Shown piece by piece: positions 10,590-21,187 of a DNA stretch of 64,000 nucleotides. Positions within the stretch are counted from its first letter, which is position 1. Each line of letters opens with the position of its first letter. A model generated the notes under the pieces. The model was not told the DNA's origin. It saw only the letters and a list, made by a program, of their open reading frames with translations, and did not search any database. This stretch comes from a virus: IMG/VR virus record IMGVR_UViG_3300007640_000027, one strand, 5' to 3'. The translations under genes were made by a program, and so were the position numbers.

Positions 10590-10787
10590 ATGGAAAAGGA
10601 TATTATGGATATAATTGATGATTACAAAAACTCACCCAACAAAGATTTGGTAAGAGTTTTAGGGTATCTCCGTGATGATTTTGAAAAAACAAAAAAATTA
10701 ATTATTGATTTGACACATCATTTAGATTCAACGGAAAAAATTTACCATAAGGTATTAAAAGAATATGAACAAAGAATTCCAAAATGA
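10590..10787 (+). CDS. Hypothetical protein
   Basis: Coupled ORF. Confidence 0.6.
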   Translation: MEKDIMDIIDDYKNSPNKDLVRVLGYLRDDFEKTKKLIIDLTHHLDSTEKIYHKVLKEYEQRIPK

Positions 10788-12325
10788 GTCTTTTTAATAG
10801 AAATAATAGAATTATATTTCCTGCGGTCGTATTGGATAATAACGACCCCCTAAGGTTAGGTAGAATTCGTGCACACGTTACTACACAGAACCGAACGGAA
10901 CTTGAATCCATACCTCATGTTCCATGGGGTGAGAATGATCCTTTTTTGGTTCTTCCTTTATTGCCTTATTTTTTAAATGTAACGCCACAAGACGAGAATT
11001 ATGTTCACGTTCTTTTTACGGATCCTGATTATGATAAGAACAAAGATAAGTTTTACATTTCGGGAATTTATTCGTCACCGACCACGGTTCCTGATGAGGG
11101 TTATGACTCAGCACAGACACATTTAGAAAGCGGGTCTCAGAGACTTAGTTACAGAGACATTATTGTAAATGGTGGTGAAGAAGAAAGGTATAAAGGTGTG
11201 TATGCGAACCCTGATGATATTGCCATTTATGGTAAGGGTACTGCTGATGTAATCATAAAGGGGAATGAGTTATTGTTAAGGGCGGGGAAGAATGTTAATC
11301 ACGGTGCTCGTGAAATTCCGAACAGGTATGATCAAAGATCATTTATTCAATTAACCAAATATGATAGTCAGACTCTTTATTTGGATCCGTCAAAATATTT
11401 TGAATTTCAAAAACAAACCACAAGGGTTAGGATATTGGTGGAATATAATTTGGACAACCCTGAGAATTCACAAAATTCATTTACGGGTTCAATTTTAATT
11501 TATTCTTTAAAGCCGGATGAACAGGTATCAACAGATAATTTAAATGTGTCATCTGATGTTTCATCTTTAAAATTCTTAAGAAACAGGATTAATATTAACC
11601 AAACGGTATCTTTGGATGATTATTGTAACATAATCAATTTGGTGTTAACTCGGATTAAACAAGGTGATTTAAGTTCGTTGGAGGTTAACACGAGATATCC
11701 TGGTTTAACTGTTTCGGGTGAAAGGACATTTAGAGAAGATGAGAAGTTTCCGTTTTATTATAGACCATCAAGTTTATTAAGAAAGATTATATATGAAAGA
11801 AATCTTTCTTCATCATCATTTTCTGCTCAAGAAATTGAAAATATGGAAACTTTGCAGTCGTTGGTTAAAAATCCAGTTGATTCAAGTAACGAGTTTTATG
11901 GTTTGGTTTATGATCAGAAAAACAAAAATGTTCCGTTTGAAGTTTTGGAAACGACTGTACTTCCAAAAGAAGTTGTTTCATCCAACAAAACGGTTAATAT
12001 TCAAGGATCTGATCAAATTTATTTGTTATCACATCTTTCTCAGATACCAGGAAAAACGAAGGTGGATTTATCAAATACTTTATATGGGGTAAGTGAAAGT
12101 CTGTTGGCTGATCAGATTGAGCCGAATACCTCATCTGTGGTGAGGGGTGAAGAGTTATTGGAACTTTTGCAATTGATTGTTGAATTTTTAATTTCACACG
12201 TTCATCCATTTCCTGGTGTACCCCCTGTACCCGTATCATCAACGGGAAGATCGGTTGATGAATTATTAAAAGAATTATATGATGCCTCAGATAAAATACT
12301 TAACAAAAATATTCGGATTAACTAA
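10784..12325 (+). CDS. Baseplate central spike, gp5/gpV-like (OB-fold)
   Basis: VLDNNDPLRLGRIRA OB-fold signature; C-terminal HVHP metal-binding tip motif. Confidence 0.75.
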   Translation: MSLFNRNNRIIFPAVVLDNNDPLRLGRIRAHVTTQNRTELESIPHVPWGENDPFLVLPLLPYFLNVTPQDENYVHVLFTDPDYDKNKDKFYISGIYSSPTTVPDEGYDSAQTHLESGSQRLSYRDIIVNGGEEERYKGVYANPDDIAIYGKGTADVIIKGNELLLRAGKNVNHGAREIPNRYDQRSFIQLTKYDSQTLYLDPSKYFEFQKQTTRVRILVEYNLDNPENSQNSFTGSILIYSLKPDEQVSTDNLNVSSDVSSLKFLRNRININQTVSLDDYCNIINLVLTRIKQGDLSSLEVNTRYPGLTVSGERTFREDEKFPFYYRPSSLLRKIIYERNLSSSSFSAQEIENMETLQSLVKNPVDSSNEFYGLVYDQKNKNVPFEVLETTVLPKEVVSSNKTVNIQGSDQIYLLSHLSQIPGKTKVDLSNTLYGVSESLLADQIEPNTSSVVRGEELLELLQLIVEFLISHVHPFPGVPPVPVSSTGRSVDELLKELYDASDKILNKNIRIN

Positions 12326-12346
12326 GTATTTATATAAAAAAAAGGC

Positions 12347-13858
12347 ATGTCAATATATAAATCTTATTTCAATAGAAATAACACAATTGTTTATAATTCT
12401 GATGTAAATACGGGAAGAAATCCTGTTGCTGAATTATTTTTTGGTAGCGTGGATAATTTAATCTCCCCAAAAGGATATTCTCGTTTTATTTTTGATATTG
12501 ATCTTGATGAGTTAAGAAATCGCATTTCAAACAATACCATTTCAACGGGATGTAGCAAAAACATCACACATACATTAAGAATGACCAATTCATCATCTTT
12601 TGATCAAGAATTGTTAAATAAACAATGGAGCAACGGAAGAAGACGTGCCACTTCATTTGATTTAATCTTATTTAGAATACCAAAGGTATCAGGAACAACT
12701 GGTCAAGGTCAAATATGGGATGAAGGTGTGGGTTATGATTATTATGATGCAAATACCACCAACTCATTTGATTCCATGTTCTATAGACAATCACCCCCAA
12801 ATGATAAGTCTTATTCAACTCGTCCTTCCAATTGGTTTAATTCTCAAACCATATCAGGATGGACCACACCAGGAATATATGATAATACAAACTCTTTAAC
12901 GGGATCCAGTGCGGTCTTTAATTATTCAGCATTAACCATCGTGGATGTTCAACATTTTGAATTCGGAAATGAAGATATTGAATTTGATATGACCGATGAA
13001 ATTAATAACATCTTAACGGGGGCAACCACTGGAACCACAGGATGGGGTATCGCCTTTAGACCTGAAATAGAAAATATAACAGGTCTTACTGAAAATAGTT
13101 CGGTCGGGTTTTTCACAAGACATACTCAAACGTTTTATGAACCCTATTTGGAAACTAATTATGATGACTTAATTCAAGATGATAGAAATATCTTCTATGA
13201 AACAAAACAAAATAAATTATATCTGTACTCATACGCTCAAGGTCAACCCCAAAGTTTGGATGCAAACCCAACGGTGGACCTGGTAGATATCAACGGAGAC
13301 CAAATAAATGGTTTTACGGGACTTTCTACCTGTCAGGTGACTAAGGGGGTCTATGAGGTGACGATAAGCGGTCTAACAGCAACTACGGTACCTTGTATGG
13401 TCTATGATACGTGGAAAGGTCTATCAATTAACGGAACATCCATATCTGATGTGGAAAATGAATTCGTTTTAAGACCCCTTTCTGATTTTTATCAAATAGG
13501 ATCAACCAACCAAGAACCATCATTATATGGGTTTGATTTTTATGGTCTAAAACAAGATGAAAAAATACTCGGTGGTGATATTCGCAAAGTGGGGGTTATT
13601 GTTAAAAAAGCATATACCACAAGGGAAGTACTCAATAAAGTTGACGCATATTACCGTATTTATGTAAGAGAAGGCACAACAGAAGTTCAAGTACAAGACT
13701 GGACTGAAATTAATAGAACACCAGACGGTCACTATTTCATATTAGATACTTCAGATAAAATACCTAATGAATATTTTGTTGACCTAAAAGTTAACACTGA
13801 TAGAGAAGTTAATACTTATAAAAGACAGATAAAGTTCCAAATAGTAGATAGAAAATGA
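12347..13858 (+). CDS. Putative virion structural protein (beta-rich)
   Basis: SRFIFDIDL, WDEGVGYDY, T/G-rich segments; late motif upstream. Confidence 0.6.
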   Translation: MSIYKSYFNRNNTIVYNSDVNTGRNPVAELFFGSVDNLISPKGYSRFIFDIDLDELRNRISNNTISTGCSKNITHTLRMTNSSSFDQELLNKQWSNGRRRATSFDLILFRIPKVSGTTGQGQIWDEGVGYDYYDANTTNSFDSMFYRQSPPNDKSYSTRPSNWFNSQTISGWTTPGIYDNTNSLTGSSAVFNYSALTIVDVQHFEFGNEDIEFDMTDEINNILTGATTGTTGWGIAFRPEIENITGLTENSSVGFFTRHTQTFYEPYLETNYDDLIQDDRNIFYETKQNKLYLYSYAQGQPQSLDANPTVDLVDINGDQINGFTGLSTCQVTKGVYEVTISGLTATTVPCMVYDTWKGLSINGTSISDVENEFVLRPLSDFYQIGSTNQEPSLYGFDFYGLKQDEKILGGDIRKVGVIVKKAYTTREVLNKVDAYYRIYVREGTTEVQVQDWTEINRTPDGHYFILDTSDKIPNEYFVDLKVNTDREVNTYKRQIKFQIVDRK

Positions 13859-14106
13859 TACAGTTAATAATTACAGAGAGTCAATACAAAACAATAGTTA
13901 AAACATTAATTGACGAGAAGAAAAAATCTAAGAAGAAGGACACAACCCTTTGTAAAAGAGGTATTACCGCAGCAAAAGCTAAATATGAAGTATACCCCTC
14001 AGCTTACGCTAATGGGTACGCAGTTCAAGTTTGCAAAGGAAAGATGCCCGACGTACACGGAAACAAAAGATGTTCGGGAAAATTTTGTCCAAAGAAAAAA
14101 AAGTAA
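13855..14106 (+). CDS. Small basic protein with IITESQ leader and YPSAYA motif
   Basis: Motifs recurrent in T4-like phage hypotheticals. Confidence 0.65.
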   Translation: MIQLIITESQYKTIVKTLIDEKKKSKKKDTTLCKRGITAAKAKYEVYPSAYANGYAVQVCKGKMPDVHGNKRCSGKFCPKKKK

Positions 14107-14147
14107 TATATTTGTAAAAAAATTACAAATCCTATAATTCGTTTGTT

Positions 14148-14342
14148 ATGTCATTAAATCGTTATGTCCTCTATAAGGGGGATAGAGTTTTTATGGAAAC
14201 TGAGTCCGCATCGGTTGATAGTGCAATTGATTACTTTTATGTGATCCAACCTGATTTCATGGTAAATAAAGATTTTCGTGTGAAAATGGTGCCAACACCA
14301 ACACCCGTAAATAAATACAAATCACCCGAACAGGGAGATTAA
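14148..14342 (+). CDS. Hypothetical protein
   Basis: ORF preceded by TATATTTG at 14107-14114. Confidence 0.55.
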   Translation: MSLNRYVLYKGDRVFMETESASVDSAIDYFYVIQPDFMVNKDFRVKMVPTPTPVNKYKSPEQGD

Positions 14343-14867
14343 CCATAAATAACCACTGTTACCTCCGTGCATCATATGTTCAAGGTCCGATTTTTTTCGG
14401 ACCTTATTTTCTTGTATAATGTTGGTACGTTTTGAATCAAAATACTTTTTCATCTCTTTTAATTCAAGTATTGTTGCAGATTTGCTTTCAATAATATCAC
14501 GTATGTATTTGTTTTTATCTTCTTTTAATAAATAATAACCCATTTTCATGTTTGATAAAACATTGTTAGGTATGGTAATTTTTTTATTTTCAAAGACCTT
14601 ATCTGATGATTCATCAATAATGATAACCAAATCGTCTTGTCCTTTAATTACCCTGTGATAAGTTTCTTTTGGTATAAAATAAGTTTTTCCTCTTTCCAAA
14701 ACAACAGGTAACTCATCATCCATTTGTAATTTCCAATTATTAGATTCTTTAACAAAAACTTTTCTGTCATATTGATCTTTATGCCATTTCAACTCATCGG
14801 TATCCACGGATTCTTTAAAAATCCTTTCAAATATGTTTAAACTGATATTTTTTTGTTGATAAATCAT
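14322..14867 (-). CDS. Cupin-like protein
   Basis: WHKDQYDR ... FIPKETYHRV cupin-type histidine motifs. Confidence 0.6.
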   Translation of the reverse strand: MIYQQKNISLNIFERIFKESVDTDELKWHKDQYDRKVFVKESNNWKLQMDDELPVVLERGKTYFIPKETYHRVIKGQDDLVIIIDESSDKVFENKKITIPNNVLSNMKMGYYLLKEDKNKYIRDIIESKSATILELKEMKKYFDSKRTNIIQENKVRKKSDLEHMMHGGNSGYLWLISLFG

Positions 14868-14884
14868 AACTTATGGGTTGATTA

Positions 14885-16126
14885 TTACCAGTATCTTCCT
14901 GATACATTTTTACCAAAATCTTTATGTGCACGACACGCCCAATAACCGGCCTTTGTTTTATCTTTCTTTTTGTGACACTGATGTCTTGCGGCAAATGATT
15001 TGCGAGCCGCAGGATCATTCCACTTGGCAGTCATAACAGGTGATCCATAAGTTACCTTTTTGATGTTACCTGTTTTTGGATCACGAACATAAACATACCA
15101 CTTTTTAGGTCCACCCGTCTTAGGTTTATTCAATTTAACATCTTTACCTTTATATTCTGCTTCCGATAAACCAAATATTTTTTTAGCGATAGGATTTAAA
15201 TCGGAAGGCTTAATAAGTTTAGCAGGTATGGTTTCTGATTTAGATATTAATGCTTTTTGTGCTCTATGGTTTCCATCTAATATCCATAGAATTTTACCAT
15301 TCTCATCTACCATAATTAAAATAGGATATTGAGATGAGACTTCCACTTGAGAAATTCGTTCAATCTCCTCAGGATTATTATCCCAATTTAAGACAATATT
15401 AGCCAATTTTTCAGTTGGAAAGTTAATAATTTTAATGTCTTTGGTAAGTTCTAAAATATCTTGAAGAGTTATTTTACCCTCATCTGTTGCCCAATACGTG
15501 TCTTCCCCTTGCTCATTAACCAAAGGAAAATCCAAAGGTAATCTCTCACCTTTATAGATAAAGAACTTACCTCTTTCTGATTCCAATATTTCAATATCCT
15601 CTTCAGACCATTCACCAATCCCTTGTTTATATAATTTACGTGCTTCGTTAATTACATCAAAATATTTAGGACTACCGTGTCTAAAAATAGTTTCACTTAT
15701 GGATATTTTATTATCCAAATGATATTGTAACTCCTCAGAAATAATCGGTTTTTTGTTTTGGCTTTCAACAATCATATTAACCAATTTATCAATCGCCTCG
15801 TTTTTCTTTTTGTTTTTGTAATTCTTAATTTTAATACGTGTAGGTTTTTGACCCTTTCCTGATTGAGGATCTTCCTTTTCTTTTTTACGTTTTCTACGAC
15901 ATGCAGAATCTTTTTCAGCTTGAGTCATTTTACCCGCAACACCAGCAGCACGACAAACAGGATATGCGCCCTTATCCGCATCCTTACGACCACAAGGAGG
16001 ATGTCCTCCACCCTTTTTCTTTTTGCAAATGTTTACCCACGGACCTTTGGGTTGTGAAGAACCCTTCTTTTTCTTCTTTTTTCCAAACCACACCGCCAAA
16101 TCTTCTGATAAAATATACTCATTCAT
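14885..16126 (-). CDS. Modular basic protein with inserted ParB/Srx-like domain
   Basis: Likely start MNEYILSED (16126); Cys/basic N-domain, YPILIM...ILDGNHR ParB-like domain, C-terminal ARKSFAARHQC...AGYWACR domain. Confidence 0.7.
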   Translation of the reverse strand: MNEYILSEDLAVWFGKKKKKKGSSQPKGPWVNICKKKKGGGHPPCGRKDADKGAYPVCRAAGVAGKMTQAEKDSACRRKRKKEKEDPQSGKGQKPTRIKIKNYKNKKKNEAIDKLVNMIVESQNKKPIISEELQYHLDNKISISETIFRHGSPKYFDVINEARKLYKQGIGEWSEEDIEILESERGKFFIYKGERLPLDFPLVNEQGEDTYWATDEGKITLQDILELTKDIKIINFPTEKLANIVLNWDNNPEEIERISQVEVSSQYPILIMVDENGKILWILDGNHRAQKALISKSETIPAKLIKPSDLNPIAKKIFGLSEAEYKGKDVKLNKPKTGGPKKWYVYVRDPKTGNIKKVTYGSPVMTAKWNDPAARKSFAARHQCHKKKDKTKAGYWACRAHKDFGKNVSGRYW

Positions 16127-16213
16127 ACTTGATAATTTAAATATAATTCTTATATATTGTATAAATATGTAGAAAAATAAACTTTTCAATTAACAACAAA
16201 AAAAATTTAAATT

Positions 16214-16600
16214 ATGGCACGTCCTAAAAAATCAGAGACAACTGCAAAATCAACAACAACAAAAAAAACAACTTCAAAAGCAACTGAAGAAACTGTGGAT
16301 AAAACAGAAGAACAAGTAAAAGAAGTTATGGAAGGATCAACAGAAGAAAAACCCAAACCCGTAGGTACTCTTTATAACATCATTAATTATAACAGCACCG
16401 CAGATTTGGATAACTTCATCAGAAACCTTACCGCTGATCAAGCACTATACGTGGTAGTTCAAGCAAGTAGAGCGGCACATACTCGTAACGCATACGGTAT
16501 TGAAGAATCAGAACTATTATCAAAAGCAATCCGAGTTCTTACAACTCCACCAAAACAAGAAGAAACTCAGGTTCCTGAACCTGAAGTTCACAAAGCATAA
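16214..16600 (+). CDS. Hypothetical protein
   Basis: ORF with strongly biased codons, followed by a terminator. Confidence 0.7.
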   Translation: MARPKKSETTAKSTTTKKTTSKATEETVDKTEEQVKEVMEGSTEEKPKPVGTLYNIINYNSTADLDNFIRNLTADQALYVVVQASRAAHTRNAYGIEESELLSKAIRVLTTPPKQEETQVPEPEVHKA

Positions 16601-16619
16601 TATGTATATTAATTTTATA

Positions 16620-16647
16620 AAGGGGGTCGTTGATCCCCTTTTTTTTT
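16620..16647 (+). terminator. Intrinsic terminator
   Basis: aagggggtc-gtt-gatcccctt hairpin followed by a T-tract. Confidence 0.75.
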
Positions 16648-16661
16648 AACATTATAAAGGT

Positions 16662-16853
16662 ATGACACAATCAGAAATTGGATCACGTATAATTGAGATA
16701 GAATCTAAAATAACTAGTGAGGTTAGAAATGGACACAAACCACATATTTATGATAAGTTCAGAGAAGAAAGAGGGGAATTGGTTGAATTAAGGTGTAAAT
16801 ATTTTGGTGAAGAATCAGAAATATGTAAAAGATATAGAATTACTTCTAAATAA
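16662..16853 (+). CDS. Hypothetical protein
   Basis: ORF track. Confidence 0.55.
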   Translation: MTQSEIGSRIIEIESKITSEVRNGHKPHIYDKFREERGELVELRCKYFGEESEICKRYRITSK

Positions 16854-16885
16854 AAAAAGGGAACCGTTTGGTTCCCTTTTCTTTT
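16852..16885. terminator. Bidirectional intrinsic terminator after major capsid gene
   Basis: aaaaaaagggaacc-gttt-ggttcccttttctttt. Confidence 0.85.
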
Positions 16886-16900
16886 ATAACTGAAAATTAA

Positions 16901-18682
16901 TTATCTTAATTCTCTTAAGTCAAATGTACGTACACCATCTACAACAATTCTACCATAGAAACGGTTGTTAACCATTTTCTTAGCGTATCTTGTCATAATA
17001 CCTTTGATAGGTGTAAAGTTGAATGGGTTGTACATTGTTGGTGTCAATTGTAATGGTACATATGGTGCGTAAACGTATCCTGTATCCAATAAAGAAGAAC
17101 CTTTATGTCCTAACAATACTGTGTTAGGTGGGAAGTAAGGATCACGATATACTTGATATCTACCTGATAAAGTACCAACTCTTTCAATACCCATGTTGTA
17201 CTGATCTTGATCTGGTGCTGCGTTTGATACGTGGAAGTATTCCAAGTCATCAAAGATCGCTGAAATTTCAGAAGAAACTACGATCCAGTTAGCACCACCT
17301 CTAAGTGTTGATTTATGGATTTGAGCCGAGATTTGGTTGATCGCAGTGATCAATGTTTGGTTCCAGTCTTTTTGGTTATAGTTAACTGAACCGTTAGATA
17401 CTCTCTTCCATCCGTTGTAATCCCAACGTAATGTCCAAGCTGCACCTTTTCTCAAGTCTCTTAAGATTTCACGGTCAATTTCCGCTGCCACTTGTTCTGA
17501 TAATAAAGCTGTTAATTCAGCTTCAGCATCAATGTTATGGAATGCAGAAACGTCTTGTGCCAATTCTGGTGACCATTGTGCTCTTAATTTTCTTTCTGTT
17601 ACTGATACAGTAACTGACTCAAGATCAAATGATACTTCACCAATTCTGTCTTCAAATTCTAATTCTTCATATCTTCTCCAATGTGCTGTAAATGTTGCAC
17701 CTGAACCGATAGTTGAACCTGTGTATCCGTCTAATGAAGTTGAACCGATAGCTGCAGGAGTTGAAGTATCTACTGACAAGTAGATGATACCGTCAGCGTC
17801 ACAAATGTTATCGTAATAACCACCTGGACCTGAACCTGGGAATGCAGCTTGTGATTGTGTTCCATACTCTACAATACCTTTACCGTATTTTTGAGTTACT
17901 ACGTTAAAGTTCCAATATTGAGCAGGAGTATCTGAATCTACTTCTAATGAAGCTAAGAAATCTTCAGTATCCATTTCTTGACCTTCAGGTCCGATTAATT
18001 TACCAGCACCAGCATTAGAGAAACCTGTTAATTGGAAAATTAATTCCTTAACATTTGCACTCGCAACTGAACCAGTACCTCCTGTAGCGAGAGATAATGC
18101 CTCAGCTAATGTAGTTACAACTAAATCACTACCTGACCATTTAACTGGTATGATATTTGATGTTAATGCAGTGTAAGCACCTTTTGAATAGTCAAATAAT
18201 CCAGCAGGATCAGAGTTTGGTGCTGAACCTTCGTAGAAACGGTCATACAAGTTTTTACCTGAACCGTATCCTTGTCTTGGATCGTTTTCACCAGCATTTA
18301 CTGCCTCAGGAGAACCGATTGGAGCGTAGTGCTCACCGTTGTTACGGTTCTGAATTTTAGGTACAAAGTAGAACAATTTACCGATTGGTAAGTTCATCGC
18401 TTGTACAGATACGATATCATTAGCTAATAATTTAGAGAAAACTCTTCTAATGATAGGGAAAACAACTGTTTCAAATGAACCTGAGTTATCGGAAGCAGAT
18501 GCTTCGTTGATTAGGTGAGAAGCTTGGTTTTCATATAATTGTGCCATGTTCTCTTTTACGTGTCCTTTAAGACCTTCTAGGAATCCTAATTTATCCCATT
18601 TGTTAATTGTGTCTTCTTTGATAACTTTTAAATGTTTTAATCCAATGTTACCAACAAGACCTGATTCTAATAATGCTCCCAT
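16901..18682 (-). CDS. Major capsid protein (T4 gp23-like)
   Basis: FPIIRRVF, VSVQAMNLP, RKLRAQWSPELAQD, AEIDREI, YAPYVPL, TPIKGIMTRY. Confidence 0.97.
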   Translation of the reverse strand: MGALLESGLVGNIGLKHLKVIKEDTINKWDKLGFLEGLKGHVKENMAQLYENQASHLINEASASDNSGSFETVVFPIIRRVFSKLLANDIVSVQAMNLPIGKLFYFVPKIQNRNNGEHYAPIGSPEAVNAGENDPRQGYGSGKNLYDRFYEGSAPNSDPAGLFDYSKGAYTALTSNIIPVKWSGSDLVVTTLAEALSLATGGTGSVASANVKELIFQLTGFSNAGAGKLIGPEGQEMDTEDFLASLEVDSDTPAQYWNFNVVTQKYGKGIVEYGTQSQAAFPGSGPGGYYDNICDADGIIYLSVDTSTPAAIGSTSLDGYTGSTIGSGATFTAHWRRYEELEFEDRIGEVSFDLESVTVSVTERKLRAQWSPELAQDVSAFHNIDAEAELTALLSEQVAAEIDREILRDLRKGAAWTLRWDYNGWKRVSNGSVNYNQKDWNQTLITAINQISAQIHKSTLRGGANWIVVSSEISAIFDDLEYFHVSNAAPDQDQYNMGIERVGTLSGRYQVYRDPYFPPNTVLLGHKGSSLLDTGYVYAPYVPLQLTPTMYNPFNFTPIKGIMTRYAKKMVNNRFYGRIVVDGVRTFDLRELR

Positions 18683-18710
18683 TTTAGTATTATTTATTAA
18701 AGTTTAATTT

Positions 18711-20066
18711 TTATCCGAGTTTATTCATCAAATCTTTCATTCTCATGAATTGAGGATTCTCGTAAGTTTTGCTCTCAATTAAATTACTCGCAGATCCTCT
18801 ACTCGGTGATTTAGTTACTTTAGCTTTTACACTTTCAGTAACAACTGAATCATTTTTAGAGTTAAAGTCTTCTTTGAGTGTTTGATAAAGAGCCTTTGAT
18901 TCTTTAAGAGTTTCAACTGAATCAAAACGTCTTAAAATGTTTATTTTTTCTTGTTTTGTTGTTGTGTTTTCAGTGAAAAGACGTGTAGCATAAGCAAGAT
19001 TTGAGTTGAAAACTGCAACTTCGTTGAGTTTTTCTTTAAAAATGTTAAGTGCCTTACGGTACTCTTCATTTTTCTCTCTTAATTGTTGAACTTCTTTTTT
19101 CAATTCAACATTTTCTCTTACTGCCGGTCTTAATCTGTCTGAAGCGTAGTCTTTAACGTTAGAGTTTGCAGTTTTAGCGTTTGGATATTTTCTTAAAGAA
19201 GCGTTGCTTCTTGCAGTTTCTTCCATTTCGCCTTCTTCCATTTCATAGTCTTTGTAGTGACCATCTACATCACCAGTCTTATGACCATCTCTACGTTTGT
19301 ACTCGCCTTCTTTAGATCCCCAACCTTCTTTTGGTTCTTCCATTTCTTCAGACATTTCTTCTTCGTCTTCAAGTTCAATTTCATAAACCATTTCATCTTC
19401 TTCTTCCATTTCATAACCTTCTTTGTATTCGCCTTCCATTTCTTCGTCAGCGATTACTTCTTCGTCTTCTTCAGCTTCAGTTTGGATGATGTATTCAGCA
19501 TCTTGATTTTCATCTTTTAAATGAATCTCATCGTCATCTTGTTTGATGATGATACCGTCTTCTTCACCCATTGCTTTGAAAACTTTTAAAAGTTCTTCGT
19601 CAGAAATACTTGTAAGATCCAAAGGTTCAACGAATTCTTCGTCTTCCACTTCATCTTCATCAGATAAATCCAACATAGACATCATTTCCATGTCTTCATC
19701 ACCTTCTTCATCAGATAAATCCAAGTCCATTTCGTCCTCGTCTTCATCTTCAACATCAAGATCAGGAAGTTCTAACTCTTCCTCATCTTCAACTTCAATT
19801 TCAGCCTCTTCTTGTTCTTTCATTTCGTGACCTTTACCTTCTTCCATATCTTCTTCAGACATTTCAGAATAATCACCTTCTTCCATATCAACTGAAACCA
19901 TTTTTTCCTCAACCTCATCCTCTTCGGATAAAGATTCTTTTACCAGTTCACTGATTTCTTCCTTCATTGTAGAAGCAAGTATTCCTTTTGCATTTTCATT
20001 TACGGCTTCCTCCAAATTCTTCATTTGTAGTAATGCCTCTTCAACTAAGTTTCTTTTTTCTGCCAT
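18711..20066 (-). CDS. Prohead core/scaffold protein
   Basis: Very acidic N-part and coiled-coil C-part; lies between protease and capsid genes. Confidence 0.8.
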   Translation of the reverse strand: MAEKRNLVEEALLQMKNLEEAVNENAKGILASTMKEEISELVKESLSEEDEVEEKMVSVDMEEGDYSEMSEEDMEEGKGHEMKEQEEAEIEVEDEEELELPDLDVEDEDEDEMDLDLSDEEGDEDMEMMSMLDLSDEDEVEDEEFVEPLDLTSISDEELLKVFKAMGEEDGIIIKQDDDEIHLKDENQDAEYIIQTEAEEDEEVIADEEMEGEYKEGYEMEEEDEMVYEIELEDEEEMSEEMEEPKEGWGSKEGEYKRRDGHKTGDVDGHYKDYEMEEGEMEETARSNASLRKYPNAKTANSNVKDYASDRLRPAVRENVELKKEVQQLREKNEEYRKALNIFKEKLNEVAVFNSNLAYATRLFTENTTTKQEKINILRRFDSVETLKESKALYQTLKEDFNSKNDSVVTESVKAKVTKSPSRGSASNLIESKTYENPQFMRMKDLMNKLG

Positions 20067-20192
20067 TAGTATATTTTTGCAAAAAAGTTTATTATTCCTT
20101 TATAAATATAGTAGGAATAAAAAAAAATTCATTTTTATACCCAAATAGCAATATTTTTTTTTAATTTTGTGTTTTTTTTGTTAATTTATTGC

Positions 20193-20222
20193 AAAAAAAA
20201 ATCGGGTATAAACCCGATTTTC
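20193..20222 (-). terminator. Intrinsic terminator
   Basis: aaaaaaaaatcggg-tataaa-cccgatttt. Confidence 0.7.
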
Positions 20223-20245
20223 TTAATTTTTGTTGATAATTAATC

Positions 20246-20455
20246 TTATGAAATTACCTCATCTATCTTACTTTCTGATACCGAAGTAATTCTCCATTCG
20301 TAAGAAAAACCTTCAAAATTCTTCGTTACTTTTGCCTCACAATCTGTTACTGATATTGCTGAAACCAACTTTTCTTCACGAATTCGTTTAACCTTTCCTG
20401 ATTGATCATCCAATAAATCATATTGAATCTTTACTATAAAATACTTTTCTTCCAT
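20246..20455 (-). CDS. DUF4494-like small protein
   Basis: KRIREEKLVSAISVTDCEAKV...ITSVSESKIDEVI resembles Bacteroidota DUF4494. Confidence 0.5.
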   Translation of the reverse strand: MEEKYFIVKIQYDLLDDQSGKVKRIREEKLVSAISVTDCEAKVTKNFEGFSYEWRITSVSESKIDEVIS

Positions 20456-20467
20456 AATGTGTTTTTT

Positions 20468-21187
20468 TTAATACCCTAAATAATCGGAAAGTTTTTTCAT
20501 TAAATCAATAGATTGATCCAAAGAATTTTGACTTTTGTTCTCAGATCTCGCTTTTGTCTCCTCTTCAATATTTTCATCATACTTCATTCGGTCATCTTGA
20601 TTTAAAAATAGATATGCCCCAGGTGTAGATGGTGAAGATACTAAATCAAAACATATTAGTTCAAAATCATCTTGTACTTCGTTTTGTTCTCCTTTTTTTG
20701 TTAATGTTCCTATTCCACGAGAAGAAACCCCCATAGTTACACCTTGTCTCATCAAGTTTGCTGCTTGATCACCAGGACAAGAAACTACTCCACGTTCGTG
20801 AAAACCAGGTGAGGTTAATAATTTTAATTTACCCATTAATACATTACCTTCCCACCACATATCAGTAATAAGGTGTGATACACGGTCTAAGTCAATTAAT
20901 GATGACTCAGGGTGATTAAGTTCTGAAATAGACAATCCTTTTTTGATTGCTTGTTGGTATTTTTCAGCTTCTCGTCTTAATATTTTTTCGGGATAAATTC
21001 TACCGTTTCTATTTGGTGTATCGTACTTTTGAAGTACCGCATAGAATTCAAAAGGTTTAGAATGGTCAAGTTGTCCGTAAGATTCTTTTATGATCTCAGC
21101 ATTTCTGGTATCATTTGGATTAATGAAACCGGCATCCCATTCAATTAATATACCGTTACCCGTATCGTTTGGTCCTAATATTTTCAT
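20468..21187 (-). CDS. Prohead protease (T4 gp21-like)
   Basis: NRNGRIYP, ELNHP, VSH, GVSSRG, FDLVSSPSTPGA. Confidence 0.95.
   Translation of the reverse strand: MKILGPNDTGNGILIEWDAGFINPNDTRNAEIIKESYGQLDHSKPFEFYAVLQKYDTPNRNGRIYPEKILRREAEKYQQAIKKGLSISELNHPESSLIDLDRVSHLITDMWWEGNVLMGKLKLLTSPGFHERGVVSCPGDQAANLMRQGVTMGVSSRGIGTLTKKGEQNEVQDDFELICFDLVSSPSTPGAYLFLNQDDRMKYDENIEEETKARSENKSQNSLDQSIDLMKKLSDYLGY

Noticed and set aside
16127-16189. Extended N-terminus of ORF 14885-16189
   Set aside because: The late motif lies inside the extension, so ATG at 16126 is the more plausible start.
19257-19830. Ser/Phe-rich plus-strand ORFs (also 23656, 30522-31172)
   Set aside because: Antisense reading of Glu/Asp-rich genes.
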